A stretch of 64,000 nt of DNA from the IMG/VR virus record IMGVR_UViG_3300023194_000002, positions 20,210-84,209 of that record; one strand, given 5' to 3'. Positions 9,811 to 19,213 of this stretch are shown in pieces. Both the position numbers and the translations under genes were made by a program. Position 1 is the first letter of the stretch. Every line of letters begins with the position of its first letter. The notes beneath the pieces were generated by a model. That model did no database searches, was not told where the DNA came from, and saw only the letters and a program-made list of their open reading frames with translations. This stretch comes from a virus (Duplodnaviria; Caudoviricetes).

Positions 9811-10421
9811 CTTATGCACCTCATGTTCCTGGAAGCGCGCGTCCTACAACCTTGATCAGCATTTCGACGTCGCGAACGAGCGGCGCAAAGCTTCCTGGCG
9901 CACTCGATGTCGCGCTCGAGCACAGCCCGCGCCTAAAGCGTTTCCTCGCCATCGCTCCGATCGTGGCTGCAACAGCGTGCATGCTCTCATGCTGCAGCGC
10001 GCTGAGCACGGTGGAGCATGTGCTCACGAGCGGGGATATTTCGCGCGCTCTGCAGGCTGCGGCGACAGCTGCGCCCAGTGCGGAGGCTTCCGTGAAGGCC
10101 CTGCTGAGCGCGTGGGAGGCCGGCGACAACGATGGATTTGGAGCTGCAGTACCATGCGCGGTAGAAGCGCTCTCGAACGCCCGTGACGCCGTTGCGGCGG
10201 CGGACAAAGACGCTGCGGCGCTGGAGGTTTTTGATCGCGTCGTCTCCATGCTGCGCGTGATCGCCGGATCAGAGAGCTGCACGCAGGCAAGCACGGGAAC
10301 GGTTGCGGTGACAGCTTCAGCTTTGAAGCTGACGCCAGCAAACAAACCTGACAAGCTCGTGCTGCCGATGCCGCTCCCGCTGGAGCTGTATCCAGGCGGC
10401 AAGGACTTAAATAATCAATGA
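9807..10421 (+). CDS. Hypothetical membrane protein/lipoprotein
   Basis: Hydrophobic segment ending LSCC then helical Ala-rich body; ATGA-coupled on both sides. Confidence 0.55.
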   Translation: MTYAPHVPGSARPTTLISISTSRTSGAKLPGALDVALEHSPRLKRFLAIAPIVAATACMLSCCSALSTVEHVLTSGDISRALQAAATAAPSAEASVKALLSAWEAGDNDGFGAAVPCAVEALSNARDAVAAADKDAAALEVFDRVVSMLRVIAGSESCTQASTGTVAVTASALKLTPANKPDKLVLPMPLPLELYPGGKDLNNQ

Positions 10422-10666
10422 CGAGCTCGACAGCGTTTCGCATCGCCCTCTTTGTACTCGGCGCCGCCACCGCGGTAGTCGAAGCCCTCTCGAATCTGCC
10501 GAAGCTCGACAGCTCGGCAGTGATCACAGCGATCGCAACCACTGCGATGGGTTACGCCGTCCGCTACCATGCGGATGTGGCTGCAAAGGCGCAGCAAACC
10601 AAGGTGCAGACGTCGGCGCCTGACAAGCCCGTAGCGCAAATGGCGCCGACGCCTGACGACGAGTGA
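10418..10666 (+). CDS. Holin-like small membrane protein
   Basis: 82 aa, two hydrophobic helices, polar C-terminal tail; ends the tail operon before a terminator. Confidence 0.5.
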   Translation: MTSSTAFRIALFVLGAATAVVEALSNLPKLDSSAVITAIATTAMGYAVRYHADVAAKAQQTKVQTSAPDKPVAQMAPTPDDE

Positions 10667-10691
10667 GAGTCCGTGCTTTGGTGGCATGCAG

Positions 10692-10725
10692 AGCCGGTGC
10701 CGCTGTTGCGGTGTCGGCTTTTTGT
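10692..10725 (+). terminator. Rho-independent terminator
   Basis: AGCCGGTGCCGC-TGTT-GCGGTGTCGGCT stem (three G.U pairs) followed by a T-rich tract. Confidence 0.75.
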
Positions 10726-10742
10726 TTGTTAGGTGGTGAGAT

Positions 10743-12080
10743 ATGGCGTTGAGTGCACAGGCCTATGAGGTGCTTACAGAGCTGTTCAACATACTCAGCG
10801 CCTGCATGGCGAAGGAGCGCGCGAACAGCAATGCGGCATACACCCAGGTTGCGGCGCTCGACGAATTGCGGAAGGGTGGATATGTGCCAACCGACGAGGA
10901 GAGCGCTGTGTACTCGCAGCTGTTCAATGCGGATTTGAGTTGGGACATATTCAACAAGCTGCGCGAGAAAATAGAGACCGTGCAGGCAGGCGGAGACGCG
11001 TTCGACGGATCTGGAGATTCTGGATCTGGCAGCGGTAGCGATGGTAGCGGCGGAAGCGGTGACGGCGATTCTTCTAGCGGCGGAGATTCAGGCGGAGACA
11101 GCTCGGGTGGTGATTCCAGTGGAAGCACGTCTACCACCAAGTGGCTGGCCATCTATTGCAGCGGATACGGCGCGAACCACGAAGGCGACACATCGACGCT
11201 CGCGTTCGAGTCGTGGCTAGGGCGCAGCGTAGATTACGTGATCGACTTCGGCGCGCATGAACTGCAGGCGAACAACGCGCAAGGCGCGTGGGGCAACTAC
11301 CTTGGATCGATCACGTGGGGCGTGAATCAGTGGACGATTGGCAGACCCGTTATCTGGGCCATTCCGATCATCCCTAATAGCGACCAATATGGGCAGCACA
11401 CAGGCGCCAATATGGCGGACGCTGCGAACAACGCCTATGCGGCGTATTGGCGACAGCTCGCGCAAGCAATCTATAACAAGCAGGGGCCGGGCCAGATCGT
11501 CAGAATCGGTTGGGAATATCAGGGTGACTGGTACCCCTGGGGACGCAACCGCAACCAGCTCGGAATCAACAACTCGGTGCTATCGACTGCAACCTATGAG
11601 GCGTATTACAAGGCCGCGTTCCAAAATATCGTCGCCGCGTTCAGATCGGTGGACCCAACGTTCAAGTTCACCTGGAACCCGAATCTGCAAAACCAGTGGC
11701 AGTGGATGGATTTGCAGCTGGAAAACTCATATCCGGGTGATTCGTTCGTCGATTACGTTGGACTGGACGTCTACGAGCAATCGTCATGGAGCGAGACGGA
11801 TGCTACGACGCGCTTCAACAACCAGGTGCTGAATGCAAAGTATGGGCTGAAATGGCTCGCTTCGTTCGGCGCGCAGCACGGAAAACGGCTGTGCATTCCC
11901 GAGTGGGGCGTCGGTCAGAAGGGCGACAACCCGACGATGATCCATTTGATGGCGGACTTCATCGAGGCAAATGATGTCGCCTGGCACGCGTACTGGAACG
12001 GCGGCGTCGATTTCTACAACGGGCTGCTAGACAATTTTCCAAACCAGAAGGCTGCGTATAAGCAGCGGTTTGGATGGTGA
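10743..12080 (+). CDS. GH26-like glycoside hydrolase with unknown N-terminal domain and Gly/Ser/Asp linker
   Basis: RIGWEYQG (acid/base), YPGDSFVDYVGLDVYE, LCIPEWG (nucleophile). Confidence 0.85.
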   Translation: MALSAQAYEVLTELFNILSACMAKERANSNAAYTQVAALDELRKGGYVPTDEESAVYSQLFNADLSWDIFNKLREKIETVQAGGDAFDGSGDSGSGSGSDGSGGSGDGDSSSGGDSGGDSSGGDSSGSTSTTKWLAIYCSGYGANHEGDTSTLAFESWLGRSVDYVIDFGAHELQANNAQGAWGNYLGSITWGVNQWTIGRPVIWAIPIIPNSDQYGQHTGANMADAANNAYAAYWRQLAQAIYNKQGPGQIVRIGWEYQGDWYPWGRNRNQLGINNSVLSTATYEAYYKAAFQNIVAAFRSVDPTFKFTWNPNLQNQWQWMDLQLENSYPGDSFVDYVGLDVYEQSSWSETDATTRFNNQVLNAKYGLKWLASFGAQHGKRLCIPEWGVGQKGDNPTMIHLMADFIEANDVAWHAYWNGGVDFYNGLLDNFPNQKAAYKQRFGW

Positions 12081-12084
12081 CCGC

Positions 12085-12366
12085 ATGAGTCGATCGCGCC
12101 GCAACAAGCCTAGGAAGTGCCTGCACTCAGCCCGTCCGCGCAAGGGGCATGACGACTACCACTGCGACTTATGCCTGGAGAACGCGCTGCATAAGCACAT
12201 CCGGCAAGCGCAACTTCACGATGACGAGTCTGGCTCTCGCGAGCAGATGGCATCCGCCCGCAGGGTGAGCCCGTTTGCTGCGCCCGGCGGCACCGGGAAC
12301 ATGGGGTATGGACTGCACACGTATCGTGACATCCAGGCTGGCTGGCGCACGAGGCGTACGCGATGA
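12085..12366 (+). CDS. Hypothetical protein
   Basis: Follows GH26 closely; Cys/His-rich N-terminus. Confidence 0.35.
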   Translation: MSRSRRNKPRKCLHSARPRKGHDDYHCDLCLENALHKHIRQAQLHDDESGSREQMASARRVSPFAAPGGTGNMGYGLHTYRDIQAGWRTRRTR

Positions 12367-12617
12367 GCCGATCCAGAAAGAGCAAGCTTTGTCGCACATG
12401 CGGCCTTTGTCGATATATCTCAGGAAGCACGCGCTACCGGCGCATTCGCGACCGAGATGCAGACGCCTCCTGCGTGAAGACATCCGTGAATCGACTCAAG
12501 CAGCGCGATCAGGTCTTTTTGCCAGATTGCCGGTTTGTGAACCCGCGCTGCGCCCGAGATGAGAGATCGGGCCCCAAATATCAAAATGTGATATTTGGGC
12601 GTTTTGAAGGTTTCGAG

Positions 12618-12908
12618 CTATGCGGGTGCGTTTCGCTCAAGCCATTCAATATCGCCGCCGCTGATCCAGTAGTGAGTCCTGCACGGGATCTGATAGTTGC
12701 CGATCGACGGGCTAAGCGACGGGCCGCATGGCGCATCCGCAAACGTCCACCCTGTCGGACCGAGAGGTGTCACTACCTTGTTTCCGCATCCGCAAGCACA
12801 GAGGTGAATCGCGACGTCGAACTCGTCCGAGACGTACAGGATGCCGGGTTCCAGATCCTCTGGCATGTACCGGACGTGCCGGAGACCTAGTCTTGTTAGC
12901 TTTGCCAT
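12618..12908 (-). CDS. DUF6527-family protein
   Basis: LEPGILYVSDEFDVAIHLCACGCGNKVVTPL...W...PSLSPSIGNYQIPCRTHYWISGGDIEW matches the recalled family pattern. Confidence 0.8.
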   Translation of the reverse strand: MAKLTRLGLRHVRYMPEDLEPGILYVSDEFDVAIHLCACGCGNKVVTPLGPTGWTFADAPCGPSLSPSIGNYQIPCRTHYWISGGDIEWLERNAPA

Positions 12909-13162
12909 CGCCGCTGACCATGTTACCCATTTTGCCGACGCCAGCAAAATGGTAGATTGCCTCTCGGCAACGCACGCCGCCGGCAATCCGGTTTCACACA
13001 ACTCGCCGCATAGGCATTGGCCCGCTGAGCTCCCCAGCTCGCGGGCCTTTTCGTTGCTGCAGCTGATCGGCAGCGTCCATACGTGTAGACGACGCTACTA
13101 GTCGATACTGTCCAATCGACCCTGGAAGCTGATCCCGAAAACGTAAAGGCGCACTTGCCGCT

Positions 13163-13582
13163 TTACCCAAAATCCGCCCAGGACCATGGAGGCTCATCGC
13201 GGGTGTCGCCGTCCTGGTCTGGCGGCGGCGCAAGCGTTTTAGAATACTCCAAAAGCCAGTGCGAAAGCGCTGACTCGGCCGTCAACATCACGCGCTCCGC
13301 GATGTCGAGCGCGCCGTCGACCGTCCCTCTTAAGAAGGAGGAATGGCCCGTTGGGGGACTGAAATAGATACGATACACCCAGAGCAGCTTCTCCTCGCCA
13401 TGAGCAAGCGGAGAAAGCTCGTCTGTCTCGGGGTCAAGCGAGAACAGTTCTCCCGTGTCCGAATCGCATTCGTCGGCAAAGGAATGGGTGATCGTGCAGA
13501 AGAATACTCCCGATTGCGCTGTATATTCGGCGTCCGAGACGCCGGGGTCTAATGGCTCCTCTTCTTTCCATTGTAGCTTCAT
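13163..13582 (-). CDS. Hypothetical acidic protein
   Basis: 139 aa from MKLQWKEE with an upstream GAGG RBS. Confidence 0.55.
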   Translation of the reverse strand: MKLQWKEEEPLDPGVSDAEYTAQSGVFFCTITHSFADECDSDTGELFSLDPETDELSPLAHGEEKLLWVYRIYFSPPTGHSSFLRGTVDGALDIAERVMLTAESALSHWLLEYSKTLAPPPDQDGDTRDEPPWSWADFG

Positions 13583-13693
13583 GCGTGGGCCCCTCTTATT
13601 TAATCGCAAACCGTTTCCGCTCACTACAGGAGCAGCAAACGCCTGTATATGCAGCGTTTGCTTATTTAAGCAGAACATCCGCTGTGCGAGCCG

Positions 13694-14074
13694 CTACCGA
13701 GAAACGCCAACCTCGAAGCCGTGCACCTTCAGTCGTCGTGCGCAATCCCACGTGCCGCGGCTATCCGGCCCGGGCAGCGCCAGACAGATAACATCCCAGC
13801 CGTGATCACGGGCCTCTGCGGCTTTGTCCGCGATGCGCTGATTGCGTTCGAGCAGCGCGACTCGGGTGCGCGGGCCTTCGACGCGCATCACGCGTAGAGG
13901 CTTGCCCGCGGCCGTCGCGATCTCGACTGCGAGCGCGTCAGCTCCAGTCGGGCAGTCACCGACGATCACGACGTCGGCCAGCGCCGTAATCGTGGCATCG
14001 ATATCGGCGCGCTGATTGGCCGTGAGCTCTCCACGCGTGCCCGTGATCACGACTGCGGTGCGAGGCTTGGTCAT
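13694..14074 (-). CDS. SLOG/DprA-YspA-like protein
   Basis: VVITGTR...VIVGDCPTGADALA...RNQRIAD...SRGTWDCARR; ATGA overlap with the ftsK stop. Confidence 0.75.
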   Translation of the reverse strand: MTKPRTAVVITGTRGELTANQRADIDATITALADVVIVGDCPTGADALAVEIATAAGKPLRVMRVEGPRTRVALLERNQRIADKAAEARDHGWDVICLALPGPDSRGTWDCARRLKVHGFEVGVSR

Positions 14075-16251
14075 GGATTGAGCACAGGCCGTTGGTTCTT
14101 CTGCGCGGGATCCATGGGCCCGAGGATGCCCTCGCGCTCCAGCTGCATCAGTGCACGTTTGGCGCGTGGCTGGCCGATCGACATTTCGCACATCACTGCG
14201 CTGACAGACACCCAGCGTTGTCCTCGGACGTACGTCAGTAATCGATTGTGCAGCTCATCATCACTCAGCTGCACGGGCGCTGCTGGTGCAGCGGGCTCGG
14301 TTGTGGTGGGCGTCTCGATGACAGCCTGTTTACCGCTCTGCGCGCGCCATGCGGCGCATACGGCCTTCACCTCGTCCGGGCTGATATACGCGCTGTGCAC
14401 GCGCTGCCATTCGGTCGACCCAGGCAGCATGCAGAGGCTATCTCCACGACCGAGTAGCTTTTCGGCGCCGCGGATGTCCATGACGGTCTCGCTGTCTTTG
14501 CCGGATGACACCTTGTAGGTGATACGAGTGGAGAAGTTGGCTTTGATAATGCCAGTAACGACATCCACGCTCGGGCGCTGCGTTGCGAGTATGAGGTGCA
14601 TTCCGGCTGCGCGTCCCTCTGCGGCGATGCGTGAGATCAGCAGTTCAGCCTCTTTTGCCTGAGAGATGAATGACGCGAACTCATCGATCGCGATCACGAC
14701 GCGGTGATAGGGCGCATTGGACCGCGCGTTGTATTCAGCGATCTCCGACTCGCCGACTGCAGCCATGGTGGTGTAGCGGCGTTCCATCTCCTCGAGCGCC
14801 CATCGGAGCAATGCAATCCCGTCTGCAGACTGCACCGCGATCGGCGCGAGCAAATGAGGGATGCCAGCGTAGCGCGATAGCTCGACGCGTTTGGGGTCGA
14901 TCATCAAGATGCGCATCTCGCTAGGTTTGCGCGTGAGCAACAGTGCCGTGAGCCAGCAGTTGAGGCCGACGCTCTTGCCTGAACCGGTGGTGCCAGCGAC
15001 CAACAAGTGTGGAGCGCTGGCGAGATCGAGATACACGGGCGTGCGATCTGGAGCGAGGCCGAGCGGCATGGGGAGTGCGGCCGAGCGGCGAAGCGCGGTC
15101 CACTCGTCGCACTCCATCAGTTCACGCAGCATGACCGTCTGACGATCCTCCTCGTCGAGTGGGACCTCCATTAGGGTGACCTTCCCGCGCTGAGTTACGT
15201 TCACATGCAGCGTGTCGAGCGCCTGCGCGATCTCGGGCGCGAGCTTCTTGATCGTGCTGATTTTCGTTCCTGCAGGTGGCTCGTACTCGTAATACGCGAG
15301 CATCGGCCCCACGTCGCCGCCAGAGACCTGGCCGCCGATGATCTCGTGCTGGTAGAGCGCACGCGTGATCTTTTTGCGGCCGGCGTCGAGCGCGCGCTGC
15401 TTGCCTGCTTTTGTGCGCTCCTTCGGTGTTGCGAGGCGCCGAATGTCCGGGAGTACGTACACAACGGGAGCAGCGTTTGGCGCTGCAATTCCCGGTAAAT
15501 CCTGCTCATCGCTGTCCACCGAGGACTCGATGATGTCCGGACCGTTGTCCACGCTGTTGTCCGGCGCGTAGTCCCTCACATCAACGATGCGAGCACGCGG
15601 CGTCGGCAGCGGAGGGCGCTTCGACGGCGCCGGGTGTGACGCGGGCACCGACTCGCGCACAGTCTCTCCGTGCGTGTCGATCACGGCCTGAGGCGCGTAC
15701 ACACGGGGCCGTGCAGCAGCGGACGGAGCGGGTGCACGCGTAGACGCAGACAGCGCACGCGCAGCAGCAGCCTGACGCTCGATTTCACGAGCGCGAGTCC
15801 ATTCGGAGGCGAACCGACGGGCCATCGAGCCGACGCGCGCGCTCAGCTGCTGCGCATGCGCAGGGCCCATAGCGCGCCGCGCAATTGCCACCAGCACGAT
15901 GGCCAGCAGTACGTAGGCCCCGAGCCCGAAGCCGCGATGAAGCCCCCCGCCCACCATTGAGCCGACGTGCCCAGACGGCGCGCCCAGCAGATCGAGCGTC
16001 GCGGGCAGGCCCACGAGCGACAGGCTCCACCACACGCGCACGATGCCGGGGCTGCGCTGGCTGACAGTCCACCACGACTCCGCGGCGAGCCAGCCCACAC
16101 AGCACCATGTGGCCCAGCCGAATGACGATGATAGCCACGCAGCAAGGCCATCCCCTGCGCGACCGAGTAGGCCGGCCAGCGCTGAGGCGAGCAGCAGCGC
16201 TGTGCCGGCGTAGGTGATTGCGTCCTTGCTGCGGCGGGTCATGGGCGGCAC
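14071..16251 (-). CDS. ftsK: FtsK/SpoIIIE DNA translocase (TM domain, ATPase, C-terminal gamma domain)
   Basis: PHLLVAGTTGSGKS, MIDPKRVEL, IAIDEFA, LATQRPSVDV, GAEKLLGRGD; gamma-like C-terminus. Confidence 0.95.
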   Translation of the reverse strand: MPPMTRRSKDAITYAGTALLLASALAGLLGRAGDGLAAWLSSSFGWATWCCVGWLAAESWWTVSQRSPGIVRVWWSLSLVGLPATLDLLGAPSGHVGSMVGGGLHRGFGLGAYVLLAIVLVAIARRAMGPAHAQQLSARVGSMARRFASEWTRAREIERQAAAARALSASTRAPAPSAAARPRVYAPQAVIDTHGETVRESVPASHPAPSKRPPLPTPRARIVDVRDYAPDNSVDNGPDIIESSVDSDEQDLPGIAAPNAAPVVYVLPDIRRLATPKERTKAGKQRALDAGRKKITRALYQHEIIGGQVSGGDVGPMLAYYEYEPPAGTKISTIKKLAPEIAQALDTLHVNVTQRGKVTLMEVPLDEEDRQTVMLRELMECDEWTALRRSAALPMPLGLAPDRTPVYLDLASAPHLLVAGTTGSGKSVGLNCWLTALLLTRKPSEMRILMIDPKRVELSRYAGIPHLLAPIAVQSADGIALLRWALEEMERRYTTMAAVGESEIAEYNARSNAPYHRVVIAIDEFASFISQAKEAELLISRIAAEGRAAGMHLILATQRPSVDVVTGIIKANFSTRITYKVSSGKDSETVMDIRGAEKLLGRGDSLCMLPGSTEWQRVHSAYISPDEVKAVCAAWRAQSGKQAVIETPTTTEPAAPAAPVQLSDDELHNRLLTYVRGQRWVSVSAVMCEMSIGQPRAKRALMQLEREGILGPMDPAQKNQRPVLNP

Positions 16252-16369
16252 TCCTGGAGCAATTGAAGCGCGATGCAGGTCGCACAGCGGCGCTCGAGGA
16301 GCGCGCAGAACACGCCGCCTGCTGCAGCTGTGATGAGCATGGTGATCACGATCGCGCGGCTCATGGGCG

Positions 16370-16603
16370 TCATGGTGGTGTCCTCACAGATCGGCAGAAC
16401 GCGCAGGTGCACCCCTGCTTTGCGCGCGGATATGACCTGCCGTATTGGTCGAACGAGAAGCCGTGCGGCGCCTCGTCTCGCGGTCGAGGTGGTAGAGGCG
16501 GATTGTCAGATGCCCGCAGCGACGCGAGCAGCACGAGCCACCCGCGACGCAGTACACGTGCGATCTGCACCCCGAGCGCGTCTAGTAGGTCGTAGAGCAT
16601 CAC
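16370..16603 (-). CDS. Hypothetical protein (Cys-containing C-terminus)
   Basis: Coupled in the minus-strand operon upstream of ftsK. Confidence 0.45.
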   Translation of the reverse strand: MMLYDLLDALGVQIARVLRRGWLVLLASLRASDNPPLPPRPRDEAPHGFSFDQYGRSYPRAKQGCTCAFCRSVRTPP

Positions 16604-16770
16604 GACTCCCCGCGATCGCCGTCGTACGAGTAGTCATAGGACTCGACACGATCGCGATGACCGCCTACGCGGATCGGCACGAAGTAGCCATGGGGCGCGG
16701 TCGACTCCAAATAGAGGCCGACCGCGATCGTCACGAACCATGTCAAAAAGAGGCCCTGCCAAAAGGTCAT
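16600..16770 (-). CDS. Small membrane protein
   Basis: MTFWQGLFLTWFVTIAVGLYL hydrophobic helix; ATGA overlaps on both sides. Confidence 0.5.
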   Translation of the reverse strand: MTFWQGLFLTWFVTIAVGLYLESTAPHGYFVPIRVGGHRDRVESYDYSYDGDRGES

Positions 16771-17180
16771 CGGCCCCTCCGGACGTGCATGCGCGTGCGC
16801 GCTGGTCTCTCGGGCTCGGGCTCGTAGTCCCAGTCGTCGCGCTGCTGGTCCCAGATGCCGTCTGGGCCTGGGGAGTAGAACCCAGCACGCACAGATCCGC
16901 CCGTACGCACAGGGTCGTGTGTATCCCGACGCGCGGTCTCTCCCGTCGATGACCACCAGCCGCCGATCGCCATCGCCAGCACGGCGATCAGGATCATGAG
17001 GGGTACTGATGAGATCGTCTCTACAGCTGCGGCGGCGGCGGGTGCAGGCGGATCCGTGGGCGTGATTGCCCTCAGCCGGTCCAGCGCGTCGGACTTCGAC
17101 GCCCGGGCCTTGATTTCGGCGAGGTGCTGCTCGGCCATCTCGGCCTCGATCTGCAGTCTCATTGTGTCGTTTGATGCCAT
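16767..17180 (-). CDS. Coiled-coil + single-TM hypothetical protein
   Basis: AGGAG RBS before MASNDT; TM segment VPLMILIAVLAMAIGGWW. Confidence 0.6.
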   Translation of the reverse strand: MASNDTMRLQIEAEMAEQHLAEIKARASKSDALDRLRAITPTDPPAPAAAAAVETISSVPLMILIAVLAMAIGGWWSSTGETARRDTHDPVRTGGSVRAGFYSPGPDGIWDQQRDDWDYEPEPERPARTRMHVRRGR

Positions 17181-17283
17181 TTGTCTCCTTTCGTGCAAAT
17201 CGTATGCGTTTGCATAGATTGTATACAATGTATCAGACGTTGACGCTCGCCACGTTCGCTGTGACAGTAGCGGACGCTTACAC

Positions 17284-17499
17284 ATGACTAAGAAGCCCCG
17301 AGAATCCGTCTCGCTCCGCCTATCCCCCGAGATCATCGAGGAGGTGGACGAGATCATCGCGCTCGCTCAGTCGATCCTCGGCACGGAGGCGATGACGCGA
17401 CCTGCCATCTATAGAGAGATCGTGCAGGCTGGGGCGAAAGCCGTGCGGGCTAAGTACGAAGCGCTGGCTAAGCACCAGGCTTCGCAGAAGAAGCGCTAG
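17284..17499 (+). CDS. Ribbon-helix-helix (CopG-like) regulator
   Basis: ESVSLRLSPEIIEEVDE...TRPAIYREIV pattern; divergent from the ftsK operon. Confidence 0.7.
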   Translation: MTKKPRESVSLRLSPEIIEEVDEIIALAQSILGTEAMTRPAIYREIVQAGAKAVRAKYEALAKHQASQKKR

Positions 17500-18347
17500 G
17501 CCACTCCCCTCCTGCTCGGCAGTCGCGTCACCTGACTCTCAGGCTCGCTCTCCATCGAGGGCATGAGCGCTCGGCGACGCAGGTCACCGAGCTGAACGGC
17601 AGACATGATCAACGGTCGAGGTCCACCAGGCACGGGTGCGCCGACGACGCCGTCAGCCTCCAGCCGAGCCACCGTGCGGGCGATTTTGTCCGTGCCCATG
17701 CGCAGGTCACGCTTCAGGGCTGCCCCGCTGCACTGGCCAGCGCGGGCGATGTAATCGAGCACGCCGGCATACTCGGCGTCAGGGGATGTGGTGGCTAGGG
17801 GTGGCTCGTCTACCATCGCCTGCAGGGCTGCCCTGGTCGCCTGCGCTGGCAGAGCAGCCCTGGCCGGCTTCGGGCGAGGGGCTGGCACCGCGATCACCTC
17901 GATGTCGGTCGCTCGGTCCGCGGCATCCTGCAGGGCTGCCTGGCAGGCTGCCCCGGTAGCGTTAATCAGCACCAGGACCGCGAGCGCGGCCAGGTCCACC
18001 CACGGATGGAGCTGCACCGCGACGATGCCCTCGGTCAGGGCAACCAGCCCAATAGCGTGGCTGACCGGCCAGTGCCGGCGGAAGAGGTCGACCCCGACGC
18101 GGAACACCGTTGGTGAGGAGGCGTAGAGACCTAGACCCCACAGGTACCAGTAGGGGTTCTCGGGACCAGCAAAGGTAATCTCGCCATCCTGCCAGGTGAT
18201 CAGGTGGCCGAGGTGGCTCAGCGCATAGAGCGCGAGCGGGATAGCCGCGCCGATGGGCGCAGCCATCAGGGCAGCACCGGGGTTGCGGCGAGCGATCCTC
18301 AGCTGATGGAACAGCCCGGGTCGCTCGCTCGTGTGCATCGTGTCCAT
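17496..18347 (-). CDS. Multi-TM protein with C-terminal FtsK-gamma-like winged helix
   Basis: About four hydrophobic segments; DAEYAGVLDYIARAGQCSGAALKRDLRMGTDKIARTVARLEADGVVGAP. Confidence 0.7.
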   Translation of the reverse strand: MDTMHTSERPGLFHQLRIARRNPGAALMAAPIGAAIPLALYALSHLGHLITWQDGEITFAGPENPYWYLWGLGLYASSPTVFRVGVDLFRRHWPVSHAIGLVALTEGIVAVQLHPWVDLAALAVLVLINATGAACQAALQDAADRATDIEVIAVPAPRPKPARAALPAQATRAALQAMVDEPPLATTSPDAEYAGVLDYIARAGQCSGAALKRDLRMGTDKIARTVARLEADGVVGAPVPGGPRPLIMSAVQLGDLRRRALMPSMESEPESQVTRLPSRRGVA

Positions 18348-18537
18348 ACGTATCAATCGTATACGAAACGCACGCCAGGGCAACCAGCCACCCTTGGCCG
18401 GGTCGCCTGCATGTGAGGGACCCGGCCAGGCAATGGTCAGAGCAGGTGATGGCTACCGGTGGATGAGCTACCGGGGGAGATGTGATGACGTCTCGCTGGA
18501 CCGCCCCCCGGCATCCTGTGATAATAGGAGCCGCCCT

Positions 18538-18702
18538 ATGTCGACCAAACAACAACCCGTCATCGATGTCCCTATGCAGTCCGATGCCGAGCGCGCCGAA
18601 GACAGCGCAGTTGTGACGCGTGACGCTCACGATGCGTTCGTGTGGTCGGCCGCGCGCATTATGCTGGCGTTCGACGAGACCTTCCGACGGCTTGCCGAGT
18701 GA
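18538..18702 (+). CDS. Putative antitoxin of Doc
   Basis: 54 aa, AGGAG RBS, GTGA overlap with doc; AFDETFRRLAE C-terminus like Phd-type antitoxins. Confidence 0.7.
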   Translation: MSTKQQPVIDVPMQSDAERAEDSAVVTRDAHDAFVWSAARIMLAFDETFRRLAE

Positions 18703-19130
18703 GCAGCGCTGAGCCGCGATTCCTGACGCTGGACGACGTGCTGCGTCTTCATACGTGGCAGCTAGAGCAGTACGGCGGAAGCGCCGGTGTGCGCGATCAG
18801 GGGCTGCTCGAAGCAGCGATCGCGCAGCCTCAGGCAGGCTTTGGCGGTGAATATCTGCACGCTGACATCTGGGAGATGGCCGCGGCATACCTGTTCCACA
18901 TCGTACAGAACCATCCCTTCATCGATGGAAACAAGCGCGCGGGCCTATACTCAGCGCTTGTGTTTCTGGACGTGAACAGGCACTCGCCAATCGGTTGGTC
19001 CAATGCCGAGATGTTCGCGCTCACCGTGCGCGTCGCATCTGGCGAACTCCACAAGCCTGGAGTCGCCGACGCATTTAGGCGCCTGGGGGTGCTTGAACGT
19101 CCCCCCCAGGTTCCTCTCCTCTGCCGATAA
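18699..19130 (+). CDS. doc: Fic/Doc toxin
   Basis: GVRDQGLLEAA and HPFIDGNKRAG Fic motif. Confidence 0.92.
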   Translation: MSSAEPRFLTLDDVLRLHTWQLEQYGGSAGVRDQGLLEAAIAQPQAGFGGEYLHADIWEMAAAYLFHIVQNHPFIDGNKRAGLYSALVFLDVNRHSPIGWSNAEMFALTVRVASGELHKPGVADAFRRLGVLERPPQVPLLCR

Positions 19131-19183
19131 TGTGTCTCAAACCCCGTTATAACGGGTTTGGAGACATCTTTCCGACGGAGGAG
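19114..19183. repeat. 70-bp imperfect palindrome, copy A
   Basis: CTCTCCTCTGCCGAT...GTGTCTC...TTTCCGACGGAGGAG; both terminal 15-mers are identical to 22400-22469. Confidence 0.85.
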
Positions 19184-19213
19184 GGGAATCGTGCCCGGGG
19201 GAGACGTGCCGGC

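Noticed and set aside
53-10666. Tailocin, eCIS or T6SS locus
   Set aside because: Terminase, integrase, repressor and replication genes in the same contiguous element indicate a true phage
11000-11135. Gly/Ser/Asp microsatellite-like tract as a contingency locus
   Set aside because: Imperfect, codon-varied repeats encoding a flexible linker; no perfect short tandem repeat (same for 57620-57700)
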